Assembly (NCBI GenBank): GCA_046582655.1
Contig: JAYGDX010000185.1
Coordinates: 1 to 64,000 of the forward strand
Direction of reading: 5' to 3'
DNA length: 64,000 bases
Source: Candidatus Poribacteria bacterium
GTDB lineage: Bacteria; Poribacteria; WGA-4E; UBA9662
Below the pieces are notes generated by a model. That model was not told where the DNA came from and ran no database searches. It saw nothing but the letters and a program-made list of their open reading frames with translations. Position 1 is the stretch's first letter, and every line of letters starts with the position of its first letter. Below are positions 42,538 through 53,450 of the stretch, piece after piece. A program made the position numbers and the translations under genes.

Positions 42538-43012
42538 CTGAATTTCCCTGCTTGTAGGATGATATACAGTTTGATTGTAACAAAAAACAATGAAAACGGT
42601 CAATCAAAGTGATATATAGAATCGGAAGATAGTTGGCTGGTTCTTCAGGAGTACTAAATCCAAAACCTGACTTTATAAAAACTGACTTTATTAAGATTTA
42701 AGGCGAAACCATGGTTTGCAACAATCAGAAGTCAAATGGAAATGGTTAGATTCTATTTAGTTCAATTAGCATTTACTTATGAGAGTTATCTGTGTTAAAA
42801 TTTCTTTTTTTAACCAACCGGATTGGTCTTGCGACCTGCGCGATCTAAGCTGGATACTCATCTAGTTTTCCTTTTGGCTAAGGAGCTTATGCAAGCTTAT
42901 TTTATGTGTACTCATTACCAAAGATCTAACAAGGAGTAAACAATCCGAAGATGGATCAAAAATACATATATTAAAGAATTTGAACTCGTGAAAGATTTTT
43001 GAGGTGAAGTAG

Positions 43013-45847
43013 GTGCTAACACAAAGAAATTTTCGATTGCAAGCTGTCCTGACACTTGTTGTTATCATACTTGTTAACTGGGTACAGGCCGAAGAAACCA
43101 AAATTTTGGTTGAATCAGTGCTGGATGACCACATGGGAAAGAGTGTAGTGGTAAGTGGCAAAGTTGTAATGGTCGGGGTACCAGACGATGATAATGTGGC
43201 AGGGAAGGATGCTGGTGCGATTTTTGTTTTTTCTCGTGAAGAAATAGGCTGGGTAGAACAGGCTAAGATTATTCCGGACGATCTCAATCCGGACGATGAA
43301 TTCGGAAGGATAATTGCATTTAAAGAAGACACGTTGGTTGTTGGTATGCCAAGGTACAGTAGGATTTCCAGCGACCATGGTACTGTGTTTGTCTATACCC
43401 AAAGAGGTGATCAATGGATTCGTCAGCCAAATGTGAATGCAAATGACACAGAGGAAAACGATCGTTTCGGCAATGCGGTGGATTTCGATGGAAAAAGACT
43501 AATTGTCGGTGCGTATTCTTCCAACGCCCCAGAGGGAGACTCGGGTTCAGCCTACATATTTGCACGTCAGGGAGATGGATGGGTGCAACAAGCAAAATTG
43601 ATAGCTGATGACGGCGATGCCTTCGATTGGTTTGGATCCTCGGTTGCGATTAACGGGGATTTGGCTGTTGTGGGTGCTATCAGGGAAGATGGTAAGGGAA
43701 TTAATAGCGATTCTGGCGCCGCGTATGTATTCCGGAAAAGTGGCGAATCTTGGAGACAGGAAGCCAAAGTTATTGGACTGAGTACACGTGAGAAGCACAA
43801 CTTTGGTCACACAGTGAAAACAAATGGAGAGATCTTCGCCGTTGGGGTTCCTAAAGGTGGTTCAGCTGGAAATGGAGCGGTTTACTTTTTCCATTTTCAA
43901 GATAATATCTGGCGTCAGAATGGTGCCGCATTAACTGTTCGGTCCGGCAACAATTTTGGTCATTCTATTTCGTTGGAAAATCAGACCGTAATTGTTGGCT
44001 CAACTGGAGATGATAATAGCGTAGTAAATGAAGAAGATGAACGCGGGGCCACGGGAGCCGCCTACATCTTTAGAGAACGCGGAGGGCGATGGATACAGAC
44101 CGCTAAATTGTTGCCTCACGATACAATAGAAGGTGATGACCTCGGCTGGGCTGTCGCTATCAACGGCAACACGGCGGTCGTTGGTTCACCTGATAATAGT
44201 GCAGGTGGTCCGGAATCAGGAGCTGCTTACATTTACGCCAAACAAGGCGAAAAATGGATCAAACAAGTCAAGTTGATAGATACGGTTAGTTCATCGGAGG
44301 ACGAATTTGGTTATTCAGTGGCAATCACCGATGACACGGCGGTTGTGGGTTCCAGACAGGACGATAGGCGTGGGATAAACACGGGGTCAGTATACGTGTA
44401 TGTAAGTCGAACTGATGACAAAGGTGAAACCCGATGGGATAAGCAGTCAATTTTAACGGCTGATGACCCAGCTATTGGAGCACAGTTTGGGCATGCCGTT
44501 GCAGTCGATGAAGACACCATCATCGTTGGTGCTCATAGGATGGATGATACCGGAATTGACTCTGGAGCGGCTTACCTTTTTGCGAGGACATCAGATGTTT
44601 GGAACCAGCAAGCTAAGATAACCGGACAAGGTACGATAACTGAAGATCTGTTTGGTTTTACCGTTGCCATTGATGGAGATTTGACAGTTGTTGGTGCGCA
44701 TGGCACCAATCAGGAAGCCGGAGTAGCGTTTATTTTTGCCCGTGACAATGCGACTTGGCGTCAGCAGGCCAAGCTGGAGGCGAACGATTCAACACCGGGA
44801 GACGCATTTGGTTATTCAGTCGCTATACACCAGCAGACTGTCATCATTGGAGCACCCAAAAATGATATCGCCGGTACCGATGCGGGAGCCGCCTATGTTT
44901 TTGTCAAACAGGGAGACAAATGGATTCAGCAGGCCAAATTGATAGCAGCTGATACGGCCATTGGTGACCAATTTGGTATTGCTGTTGCTACTGACAAAGA
45001 TACTGCTATTATCGGTGCTTGGCTAGATGATATTGCTGAACCTGAAATAGGCTCAGCACCCGATGCGGGTTCGGCCTACGCCTTTATCCGCCAGAAAGGA
45101 AACTGGTCACAACAAACCAAGTTTATTGCCGATGAGCCCGGTGTAGAAGACCATTTTGGTCTTGTCGTTGCCCTGAATGACAGAGCAATTGTCATTGGAG
45201 CACCCGATCGTGATACGTTTTCAGGAGATGACCCTCCCATACCGAGTACTGGCTCAGTTTATTCCTTCGCCCGTGCTGGAGAATTCTGGTCTCCCGCCAT
45301 TCTTGCCACAATATCGGAAGGTGACCTGGCATACGATCGTTTTGGTGGCACGTTAGGGATGAGTGGTGAGAAGATTATTGTTGGAATTCATGGGGATGAT
45401 AGTGCGGGAAATGATGCAGGTGCTGTGTTCATTTTTGATTATGTCGATTTGGGCTTGGAAGTCGATCCACAGCCTTTCTCTGTTCAACCCAATTCAGGCT
45501 TGAAAATATCGTCCCATGCTAAAATCAAAACTGGTGGATTTAGCAGTTCGCCTCGTCAAACCCAATTGCTCTCGAATTACCCGAATCCGTTTAATCCAGA
45601 GACCTGGATTCCGTTTCAATTGGCACAGCCAACATCAGTTGTCTTGCGACTTTACGATTTCGAGGGGAAGGTTATTCGCACCATTAATCTTGGATACAAG
45701 AAAATCGGGTTTTACACTGCCACTGATCGGGCAATTTACTGGGATGGTAAAAACCAGTTGGGCGAATCAGTGTCTAGCGGCGTTTACTTTTATCGATTGA
45801 CTGCTTCGGGTTATGATGCCATAAAAAAAATGGTCATTTTGAGATAG
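43013..45847 (+). CDS. Secreted FG-GAP repeat protein with C-terminal FlgD/T9SS-type-A-like domain
   Basis: Signal peptide, 14 repeats of D.FG.SVA..G...VVGA...GAAY.F, then LLSNYPNPFNPETWIPFQL...YWDGKN..GESVSSGVYFY...KKMVILR. Confidence 0.88.
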   Translation: MLTQRNFRLQAVLTLVVIILVNWVQAEETKILVESVLDDHMGKSVVVSGKVVMVGVPDDDNVAGKDAGAIFVFSREEIGWVEQAKIIPDDLNPDDEFGRIIAFKEDTLVVGMPRYSRISSDHGTVFVYTQRGDQWIRQPNVNANDTEENDRFGNAVDFDGKRLIVGAYSSNAPEGDSGSAYIFARQGDGWVQQAKLIADDGDAFDWFGSSVAINGDLAVVGAIREDGKGINSDSGAAYVFRKSGESWRQEAKVIGLSTREKHNFGHTVKTNGEIFAVGVPKGGSAGNGAVYFFHFQDNIWRQNGAALTVRSGNNFGHSISLENQTVIVGSTGDDNSVVNEEDERGATGAAYIFRERGGRWIQTAKLLPHDTIEGDDLGWAVAINGNTAVVGSPDNSAGGPESGAAYIYAKQGEKWIKQVKLIDTVSSSEDEFGYSVAITDDTAVVGSRQDDRRGINTGSVYVYVSRTDDKGETRWDKQSILTADDPAIGAQFGHAVAVDEDTIIVGAHRMDDTGIDSGAAYLFARTSDVWNQQAKITGQGTITEDLFGFTVAIDGDLTVVGAHGTNQEAGVAFIFARDNATWRQQAKLEANDSTPGDAFGYSVAIHQQTVIIGAPKNDIAGTDAGAAYVFVKQGDKWIQQAKLIAADTAIGDQFGIAVATDKDTAIIGAWLDDIAEPEIGSAPDAGSAYAFIRQKGNWSQQTKFIADEPGVEDHFGLVVALNDRAIVIGAPDRDTFSGDDPPIPSTGSVYSFARAGEFWSPAILATISEGDLAYDRFGGTLGMSGEKIIVGIHGDDSAGNDAGAVFIFDYVDLGLEVDPQPFSVQPNSGLKISSHAKIKTGGFSSSPRQTQLLSNYPNPFNPETWIPFQLAQPTSVVLRLYDFEGKVIRTINLGYKKIGFYTATDRAIYWDGKNQLGESVSSGVYFYRLTASGYDAIKKMVILR

Positions 45848-45928
45848 AAAACATTAAAGAAATATTGATTCTGTAAATCGGATTTCCTCTCAAAAAGAAA
45901 ATAAAATTTCGCAGCGCGTTAGCAAAAT

Positions 45929-47233
45929 CTAATCTGTGTCAAATCGTATTTCCATTGCCGCTGCGTGTCCTTTGAGTCCTTCGATATGAGCCAATTTGGT
46001 GACAGCGGGTGTGACCTCTTTTAGAGCGGATTTGGTGTAATGGATCAAACTGGTTTTTTTGATAAAGTCATCGACGCTTAGCGGTGAGGCATATTTTGCT
46101 GTTCCGCCTGTCGGCAGAATGTGATTTGGTCCGGCAATGTAATCACCAACTGATTCCGGCGTGAACTTTCCAATCATAATGGCTCCAGCATTTCGGATGT
46201 TGCCGATCCATGTCAGCGGATCGGCAACATCCAACTCAATGTGTTCAGGAGCGATATGATTCGCTAGGCTTATCGCTTGATCAAGGTTTTCAACAACAAA
46301 GGCAACACCATAATTTTCAAAAGCACCGGTTATTTCTTTCTGACGTGGAAGATTGACGACCTGAGAAACAATTTGCGACTGAACTGCCTCGGCGATTTCC
46401 TTTGAGGTGGTTACTAAAATTGCAGAAGAATCCTCGCCGTGTTCGGCTTGAGATATAAGATCAGCAGCAATGTGTAATGGACTCGCCTGTTGGTCCGCGA
46501 TGACCAAAACTTCACTGGGGCCAGCAATCTTATCAATGTCAATCAAACCGTAGACCTCTTTCTTTGCGACTTGGACGTACAGGTTTCCCGGCCCAACGAC
46601 TTTATCTACTTTTGCAATTGTATTTGTGCCGTAAGCCATAGCAGCAACGGCTTGTGCTCCCCCACATCTGTAGATTTCACGTGTGCCACACTCCGCTGCT
46701 GCAACCAACATGTGTGGATCAATAGTTCCATCTGGTTTGGGGCCCATGAATACAGCAATTTCATCTACTCCCGCCACCCGCGCTGGTATCACATTCATGA
46801 TCAGGGATGAAACAAGCAGTTGGCTTACTGAGGGAACGCATACACCGACTCGGTGAAGTGGTCGAAGCAGATGACCTAAAATAACGCCGTTTGTTTCTGT
46901 GGTAATCCAAGAGTTACGCAGTTGCTTTTGGTGAAAACTTTCAATATTTGATTTGGCTAAACTAATTGCTCCTAAAAAATCTTCTTCAACTTCTGAATAA
47001 GCAAGATCAATTTCTCGGTCGGTGATCTGAAGATCGTGGAGCGAGATATCTGGCGCATCAAATTTACGGGTATATTTAACCACCGCATTATCACCAGTTT
47101 CGCGTACGTCTGTAAGAATCTCTCGAACTGTCATTAGAATGGGCTCGTTTTCAAACTGACTGCGATGTTCTAATTTTTTGATCATTTCTTTTGACAACTC
47201 TGAATTGTATTCAACAATTTTTATCATAAGCAA
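45929..47233 (-). CDS. hisD: Histidinol dehydrogenase
   Basis: GGAQAVAAMAYGT, GPGNLYV, AGPSE, QAEH, APEH, GPNHILPT. Confidence 0.97.
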   Translation of the reverse strand: MLMIKIVEYNSELSKEMIKKLEHRSQFENEPILMTVREILTDVRETGDNAVVKYTRKFDAPDISLHDLQITDREIDLAYSEVEEDFLGAISLAKSNIESFHQKQLRNSWITTETNGVILGHLLRPLHRVGVCVPSVSQLLVSSLIMNVIPARVAGVDEIAVFMGPKPDGTIDPHMLVAAAECGTREIYRCGGAQAVAAMAYGTNTIAKVDKVVGPGNLYVQVAKKEVYGLIDIDKIAGPSEVLVIADQQASPLHIAADLISQAEHGEDSSAILVTTSKEIAEAVQSQIVSQVVNLPRQKEITGAFENYGVAFVVENLDQAISLANHIAPEHIELDVADPLTWIGNIRNAGAIMIGKFTPESVGDYIAGPNHILPTGGTAKYASPLSVDDFIKKTSLIHYTKSALKEVTPAVTKLAHIEGLKGHAAAMEIRFDTD

Positions 47234-47243
47234 TTCCCAATTT

Positions 47244-48506
47244 TCATTTTTGTCTTACAATGTCTGCTCCAATATTGGTCAGCTTCTTCTCAATCTTCTC
47301 ATAGCCGCGATCAATATGATAAACGCGTGAGATGACCGTTTCACCTTTGGCTGCCATGCCGGCTAGTATTAATACTGCGCCGGCACGTAGATCTGATGCC
47401 ATGACAGGAGCTCCACTAAGGCTGTTTACACCATGGATAACCGCACTGTCCCCGTCAATGAGGATTTTTGCTCCCATACGGTTGAGTTCACTGACATGCA
47501 TGAACCGGTCGGGAAATATAGATTCAGTGATCACACTCATACCCGGAGTTAAGGCCATTAGCCCCATTATTTGGGCCTGCATATCAGTGGGGAATCCAGG
47601 ATAAACATCAGTGCCAACATCGGCTGGAACAAGCGGGTTAGGCGTTGTGATATGGACACCTTTCTCTTGCCAATCGAGCTGTACACCAATCTGGCAGAGC
47701 TTTTCTGCTAATGCTTCCATATGTGTTGGGATGGCGTTGTTAATAAAAATATCTCCGTTGGTGACCGCACCTGCGATCATAAAAGTTCCTGCTTCAATTC
47801 GGTCGGGAATAACAGCGTAATTTGTACCGTGCAACTCTTCGACGCCATGGATTGTAACGGTGGCGGTTCCTCCTCCGGAGACTTGAGCACCCATTTTATT
47901 TAGAAAATTGGCCAGATCCACAATCTCCGGTTCGCAGGCTGCATCTCGGATAGTTGTTATGCCCTTTGCCAAGACAGCGGCCATCATAACATTTGCTGTC
48001 GCTCCAACACTTGACCCATTAGTTCCCTTAAGTTCGATTTCCGTGCCAATAAGCTGGTCAGCTTTCGCTAGGATATACCCACCTTCAATCTCAATAGTTG
48101 CGCCAAGTGCCTTAAGGCCTTTAAGATGTAGGTCTACTGGTCGCGGTCCAATCGCACATCCACCGGGAAATGAGACCTTTGCTCGTCCTAGCTTGGTAAT
48201 CAGCGGTCCTAAAACATATATGGAGGCACGCATCTTCCTGACGAGATCATAGGGAGCTTGGTAAGTTTTCTGATCTATCGGTTCGATTGAGAGCGTTCCG
48301 CTTTCAAATTGCAGTCGCGCGCCCAATCCTTCCAAGACATGGCACAAAGTTTGTAGATCCATTAGATCTGGAATGTTGCGGAGTGTACTTGGTTGTTCGG
48401 CTAATATTGTTGCCGCAACTATGATTGGCAAGGCTGCATTCTTGGAACCACTAACTGATACTGTCCCCTTAAGTCGCCGTCCTCCTTGGACAATCAATTT
48501 ATCCAT
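47244..48506 (-). CDS. murA: UDP-N-acetylglucosamine 1-carboxyvinyltransferase
   Basis: SGSKNAALP, PGGCAIGPRPVDLH, PGFPTDMQAQ, DLRAGA, HIDRGYE. Confidence 0.98.
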   Translation of the reverse strand: MDKLIVQGGRRLKGTVSVSGSKNAALPIIVAATILAEQPSTLRNIPDLMDLQTLCHVLEGLGARLQFESGTLSIEPIDQKTYQAPYDLVRKMRASIYVLGPLITKLGRAKVSFPGGCAIGPRPVDLHLKGLKALGATIEIEGGYILAKADQLIGTEIELKGTNGSSVGATANVMMAAVLAKGITTIRDAACEPEIVDLANFLNKMGAQVSGGGTATVTIHGVEELHGTNYAVIPDRIEAGTFMIAGAVTNGDIFINNAIPTHMEALAEKLCQIGVQLDWQEKGVHITTPNPLVPADVGTDVYPGFPTDMQAQIMGLMALTPGMSVITESIFPDRFMHVSELNRMGAKILIDGDSAVIHGVNSLSGAPVMASDLRAGAVLILAGMAAKGETVISRVYHIDRGYEKIEKKLTNIGADIVRQK

Positions 48507-48624
48507 CTGTATTATGATGTTCCTGAGTTTTTATAGATTATTCTTTTGCATACCATATTTGCATTTCTCCATTTAAAGTATATCATCAGTTTCCTTCCTA
48601 ATGCGTAAAGTATGAAAAAAGGAC

Positions 48625-48653
48625 TTGACACACTTTATGAAATGTGAGACAAT
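48625..48653 (+). promoter_or_regulatory. Putative sigma70 promoter of the nuo operon
   Basis: TTGACA-17 nt-GACAAT with extended -10 TG. Confidence 0.6.
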
Positions 48654-48757
48654 TGAGCCGTTTTTACTCTTAAGTAAGATTTAGGAAATTAGGGGATTTG
48701 CTGGCTCGCTGGCCTCTCATCTAAAGTTACAATAAAATTCCCGAATTGCAAGCAATA

Positions 48758-49129
48758 ATGCTTATTGATTACCTGCCTATTTTGCTTTTGGTTGCTTTTG
48801 CTGTAATTTTTGCAGCTATTAGCTTACTAGCCACCCACCTATTAGGTCCCCGAGAACCAAATAAATCAAAGCTGTCTGTTTATGAATCTGGGGTGCAACC
48901 AGTGGGCGATACCCGAAAAAGATTTTCGATTCGTTTCGATCTTATCGCAATGCTATTCATTATTTTTGATATTGAGGTAATTTTTTTGTATCCCTGGGCA
49001 TTGATATTTAAAAAATTTATCAGGGATGGGATGGGTAGTTTTATTCTAATTGAGATGTTGGTGTTTATCGGCATTTTACTCGTAGGTTATATCTATGCTT
49101 GGAAGAAAGGTGGATTATCATGGGAATAG
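48758..49129 (+). CDS. nuoA: NADH-quinone oxidoreductase subunit A
   Basis: [27 protein letters not shown]. Confidence 0.95.
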   Translation: MLIDYLPILLLVAFAVIFAAISLLATHLLGPREPNKSKLSVYESGVQPVGDTRKRFSIRFDLIAMLFIIFDIEVIFLYPWALIFKKFIRDGMGSFILIEMLVFIGILLVGYIYAWKKGGLSWE

Positions 49130-49638
49130 AAAGTAATCTTGGAGACAGTTTCATCACAACAACTATTGATAAGATTGTAAATTGGGGGCGTAAAAACTCG
49201 CTTTGGCCGATGCCTTTTGGTACAGCTTGTTGCGCCATTGAGATGATGGCCACCTTGGCCACGAAGTTCGATCTCTCGCGATTTGGTGCTGAAGCTATCC
49301 GTTTTTCACCCCGTCAGTCTGATCTAATGATTGTATCAGGGCGTATCTCGATTAAAATGATGCCGGTTCTGCGGAAAATTTACGATCAGATGCCTGAACC
49401 CAAATGGGTGATATCTATGGGCGCATGTGCTTCCTGTGGAGGGGTTTTTGATACCTACACGCTTGTTCAGGGAGTAGATCAGTTTATGCCAGTCGATATC
49501 TATGTTCCAGGTTGCCCACCCCGTCCTGAAGACCTAATCGATGCTGTTATGCAGATTCAGAAATTAATTGGTGACGAGACGGTTTCTGCTGCCCGAATGG
49601 CTAAGAGAGAAGCAGTCTCACAGGGCACATTAGGTTAG
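49120..49638 (+). CDS. nuoB: NADH-quinone oxidoreductase subunit B
   Basis: [28 protein letters not shown]. Confidence 0.97.
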   Translation: MGIESNLGDSFITTTIDKIVNWGRKNSLWPMPFGTACCAIEMMATLATKFDLSRFGAEAIRFSPRQSDLMIVSGRISIKMMPVLRKIYDQMPEPKWVISMGACASCGGVFDTYTLVQGVDQFMPVDIYVPGCPPRPEDLIDAVMQIQKLIGDETVSAARMAKREAVSQGTLG

Positions 49639-49648
49639 AGTGGGGATC

Positions 49649-50206
49649 ATGAGCGAACAGCAAACCGTTGCCGAAGTCGCAGAGCCTCAGGAACCAATAG
49701 TCATTCAGCAGCTAAGAGAAAGATTTTTGGATCATATTCTTGCTGTTATTGATCAACGGAGTGAGCTAAGTGTGGTTGTTAACAAAGATGCTTCGTTTGA
49801 GGTACTTGAGTTTCTGAAGACGGATTCTAATCTTTCCTACGATTTTCTTGTTGATGTCACCGCAGTTGACTACTCCCAGATGGAAGATATTTTGGTAGAG
49901 TATGACTATGCAAGATTTATGGTGATTTACCACCTTAATTCCTTAATGACAAACGAGCGCCTGCGTGTCAAGGTGCCGGTCAGTGAAAAAGAACTCACCC
50001 TCAAGTCTGCTGTTATCCTCTGGAATAGTGCCAATTGGCTGGAACGCGAAGTTTATGATATGTTCGGTATAAATTTCGATGGTCATCCTGACTTGCGTCG
50101 GATTTTAATGCCGGATGATTTTGAAGGGTTTCCGCTTCGTAAAGACTACCCGCTCCGCGGTCGTGGTGAACGAGAAACATTTAATTTCGGGCGTGAAAAC
50201 GTCTAG
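49649..50206 (+). CDS. nuoC: NADH-quinone oxidoreductase subunit C
   Basis: WLEREVYDMFGINFDGHPDLRRILMP...PLRKDYP. Confidence 0.96.
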   Translation: MSEQQTVAEVAEPQEPIVIQQLRERFLDHILAVIDQRSELSVVVNKDASFEVLEFLKTDSNLSYDFLVDVTAVDYSQMEDILVEYDYARFMVIYHLNSLMTNERLRVKVPVSEKELTLKSAVILWNSANWLEREVYDMFGINFDGHPDLRRILMPDDFEGFPLRKDYPLRGRGERETFNFGRENV

Positions 50207-50228
50207 GACCAAGTTAGGGAGAAGACTT

Positions 50229-51428
50229 ATGTCAGAACTTGTTGATCGTACGACAACTGGCGAACCTATGACGCTAAGTTTTGGGCCACAACATCCAGCG
50301 ACACATGGGACTCTCCGAATTGTTTTGGAGTTGGATGGTGAAACTGTGCTGAAAGCAACTCCGCACCTTGGTTATCTTCACACCGGATTTGAGAAACTTG
50401 GCGAACATCTCGACTACAATCAATACATTGTTGTAACTGATCGAATGAACTACCTGTCGCCGTTGTCGAATAATTTTGGATATGCTTTGGCCGTTGAAAA
50501 GTTGTTCGATATGGAATTGCCGAAACGTGGCCAGTATATTCGTGTCATTATGGCGGAGTTATCTCGTATCGCCGATCACTTGATTTGGTTGGGGACATCA
50601 GCCTTGGATTTAGGAGCGTTCTCAGTTTTTCTTTATGGTTTCCAGCAGCGTGAAAAACTCTACAAAATTTTTGAAAACACAACAGGCGCGCGTTTAACGA
50701 CGAGCTATACACGTATAGGTGGATTACTCCGAGATTTATACCCTGATTTTGAAGATGAGGTTCGATCATTCATCAGGGATTTTCCTAAAAAGTTGAAGGA
50801 GATTCATACTTTGTTGACCAAGAACCGGATCTGGATGGATCGGACTAAAGATGTTGGTCAAATTAGCAAGGAAGATGCAATCAATTACAGTTACACAGGA
50901 CCGTGCCTCAGGGCGACTGGTGTTGATCGAGATTTGCGTAAGGTTGAACCGTATTCGTCTTACGATGAATTTGATTTTGACGTGCCCGTTGGATCTAATG
51001 GAGATGCCTACGACCGCTATCTCGTTCGTATGGAAGAAACGATTCAGAGCTGTCGAATCGTAACCCAAGCTCTGGACAATTTACCGGATGGTCCAATTAA
51101 TGTGGAGAGCCACAAAATCAGTCTACCGTCGAAGCAAGACACCTATGGACATATCGAAGGTTTAATTCACCACTTTAAAATCATTATGGATGGTCACGGC
51201 ATTCAACCATCTGTTGGTGAAGTCTACTGTGCAACTGAATCGCCGAACGGCGAACTTGGATTTTATATTGTCAGTGATGGTAGTGGGACAGCTTATCGGG
51301 TTCGGGTGCGTCCCCCAAGTTTTTTCCATTTTCAAGCCTTTGACCACTTAATTCGTGGCGGAATGATGTCTGATGTTGTTGCTGTTCTTGGTAGTTTGAA
51401 CGTTATCGCCGGAGAGCTTGATCGTTAA
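50229..51428 (+). CDS. nuoD: NADH-quinone oxidoreductase subunit D
   Basis: FGPQHPATHGTLR, GYLHTGFEK, ESPNGELG, GELDR C-terminus. Confidence 0.97.
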   Translation: MSELVDRTTTGEPMTLSFGPQHPATHGTLRIVLELDGETVLKATPHLGYLHTGFEKLGEHLDYNQYIVVTDRMNYLSPLSNNFGYALAVEKLFDMELPKRGQYIRVIMAELSRIADHLIWLGTSALDLGAFSVFLYGFQQREKLYKIFENTTGARLTTSYTRIGGLLRDLYPDFEDEVRSFIRDFPKKLKEIHTLLTKNRIWMDRTKDVGQISKEDAINYSYTGPCLRATGVDRDLRKVEPYSSYDEFDFDVPVGSNGDAYDRYLVRMEETIQSCRIVTQALDNLPDGPINVESHKISLPSKQDTYGHIEGLIHHFKIIMDGHGIQPSVGEVYCATESPNGELGFYIVSDGSGTAYRVRVRPPSFFHFQAFDHLIRGGMMSDVVAVLGSLNVIAGELDR

Positions 51429-51460
51429 TCTCACAACGTTTTTTATTTTAAGGAACATAA

Positions 51461-51955
51461 ATGGCATTTGAGTTTTCTGAGGAAAACAAACCGACGCTGG
51501 AAAATCTCATAAAGTGTTATCCGATTAAGGAAGCCGCTATGCTTCCTGCTCTACACTTGGCACAGCAGCAAAATGGATATATTACAGAAGAGGTTATGGC
51601 CTGCGTTGCTGAGGTTCTTGAAGTCTCAATAATGAAAGTCAAAGACGTGGTAACCTTTTACCCGATGTTCTTCGAGGAACCGGTAGGCAAGTACGTCATT
51701 CGTATTTGTCACACATTGCCGTGCGCGCTACGGGATTGTAAAAAAGTGCTTGACCATTTAAAAGAGAAACTCGATGTAGATGTTGCTTCCGAAAGAGATC
51801 TTTCAAAAGGAACGACGTCTGATAGAAGATTTACGCTGATGAAATCGGAGTGCCTTGCTTCTTGCGACGTGGCTCCCGTTGTGATGATTAATGATGACCT
51901 TTACAAAAACCTTACACCGGAAAAGGTTGATGAAGTCTTAGACAGCTTAGATTAG
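51461..51955 (+). CDS. nuoE: NADH-quinone oxidoreductase subunit E
   Basis: CHTLPC...CLASC [2Fe-2S] motif. Confidence 0.95.
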   Translation: MAFEFSEENKPTLENLIKCYPIKEAAMLPALHLAQQQNGYITEEVMACVAEVLEVSIMKVKDVVTFYPMFFEEPVGKYVIRICHTLPCALRDCKKVLDHLKEKLDVDVASERDLSKGTTSDRRFTLMKSECLASCDVAPVVMINDDLYKNLTPEKVDEVLDSLD

Positions 51956-51957
51956 AG

Positions 51958-53436
51958 ATGTGGGGTAACATGATACAGGAAAAACGGATTATATACGAGC
52001 ATTTAGATGTGCCTGACATCTACACATTCGATGTCTTTCGGCAACATGGCGGTTATCAGCGTTTTGAGAAGGCGCTTAAAGAACTCCAACCTGAGGAGAT
52101 TTCCGACATGGTTTTACAGTCGGGGTTGAAAGGTCGTGGCGGCGCTGGTTTTTCTACAGGCTTAAAGTGGAGTTTTGTACCTAGAGATATCGAGCCTCGT
52201 TATCTATGTTGCAATGCAGATGAAAGTGAGCCAGGGACCTTTAGTAACCGCTATATTTTGGAAAGAATACCACACTTATTGGTTGAGGGAATATTAATTT
52301 CCTGCTACGCTCTGGATATTCACTCCTGCTATGTTTATATTCGAGGTGAGTTTACGTTGGGAAAGAAAATGCTTGATCAAGCAATCGAAGACGCATACAA
52401 CCACAGCTATTTAGGTGAAAATATTTTGGATTCTGGTTTTAATCTGGACATATACGCCCATCCGGGAGCTGGCGCCTATATATGTGGGGAGGAAACCGGA
52501 TTAATCGAATCACTTGAAGGAAAGCGAGGTCAACCGCGAGTAAAACCTCCGTTCCCTGCAGTTTCCGGGGTGTTTTCCAAACCAACCGTTGTCAATAATG
52601 TAGAAACTCTATGCAATATTCCTTTTATTATTGATAAGGGAATTGAATGGTACACCAATATGGGGGTAACTTATGGTGATGCGCGATTTGATCCACCTAA
52701 GCCTGATCAAAACACTGGTACCAAACTTTACTGTGTTAGCGGCGATGTTGAGAATCCTGGAGTGTATGAGCTTGAGCTCGGTTTGACTTGTAGCGAACTA
52801 ATTGATGTTGCTGGTGGGGTCAAAGGTGACAGGATAAAAGCTGTGATCCCAGGTGGTAGTTCAGCGCCAATTTTAACGGATTACGAGCTTGATACTCGGA
52901 TGGATTTCACTTCGCTGACTTTGGCAAAGACAATGCTCGGTTCTGGTGGGGTTATCGTATTGAATGAAACGCGTTCGATTGTGGATTCGCTGTTGAATAT
53001 TATGGAATTTTATGCACATGAAACCTGTGGGCAGTGTACGCCTTGCCGGAACGGAACCCCGTGGGTAAGAGATATTGTAAAGAGGATTGCAAATGGTGAT
53101 GGTAGGCAAACGAAAATTAAACGGCCTAGGTTTGGTATTACTGAAAGTGGCCGATGGGGAGATACGGGTGAAATGGAAGAGGTCTATGAAGACCTTGAAT
53201 TGCTTGAAAGTGTTGCCAACAACATTGCCAACGTTGACACCATGACATGGGACACAATCTGCGTGTTTGGAATCGCAGTTTCGTGGCCTGCCGTTAGCTA
53301 CCTGCGGAAATTTCGTCCGGAATTTGAAGCGTGTGTTCGAGATGGAAAATGTACGGTGTTACCAGTTGATGAAGCAACCGTCACACCGGAAGAAAATTAC
53401 GCTTATCAGCAGAGAATTATACCACAGATCATCTAG
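51958..53436 (+). CDS. nuoF: NADH-quinone oxidoreductase subunit F
   Basis: GRGGAGF, NADESEPGT, GAYICGEET, CGQCTPC...C. Confidence 0.96.
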   Translation: MWGNMIQEKRIIYEHLDVPDIYTFDVFRQHGGYQRFEKALKELQPEEISDMVLQSGLKGRGGAGFSTGLKWSFVPRDIEPRYLCCNADESEPGTFSNRYILERIPHLLVEGILISCYALDIHSCYVYIRGEFTLGKKMLDQAIEDAYNHSYLGENILDSGFNLDIYAHPGAGAYICGEETGLIESLEGKRGQPRVKPPFPAVSGVFSKPTVVNNVETLCNIPFIIDKGIEWYTNMGVTYGDARFDPPKPDQNTGTKLYCVSGDVENPGVYELELGLTCSELIDVAGGVKGDRIKAVIPGGSSAPILTDYELDTRMDFTSLTLAKTMLGSGGVIVLNETRSIVDSLLNIMEFYAHETCGQCTPCRNGTPWVRDIVKRIANGDGRQTKIKRPRFGITESGRWGDTGEMEEVYEDLELLESVANNIANVDTMTWDTICVFGIAVSWPAVSYLRKFRPEFEACVRDGKCTVLPVDEATVTPEENYAYQQRIIPQII

Positions 53437-53450
53437 AGGTAATTGAAGGT

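Noticed and set aside
42604..43012. Possible riboswitch or ncRNA upstream of the FG-GAP gene
   Set aside because: No convincing stem set or family consensus could be identified by eye; a covariance-model search would be needed.
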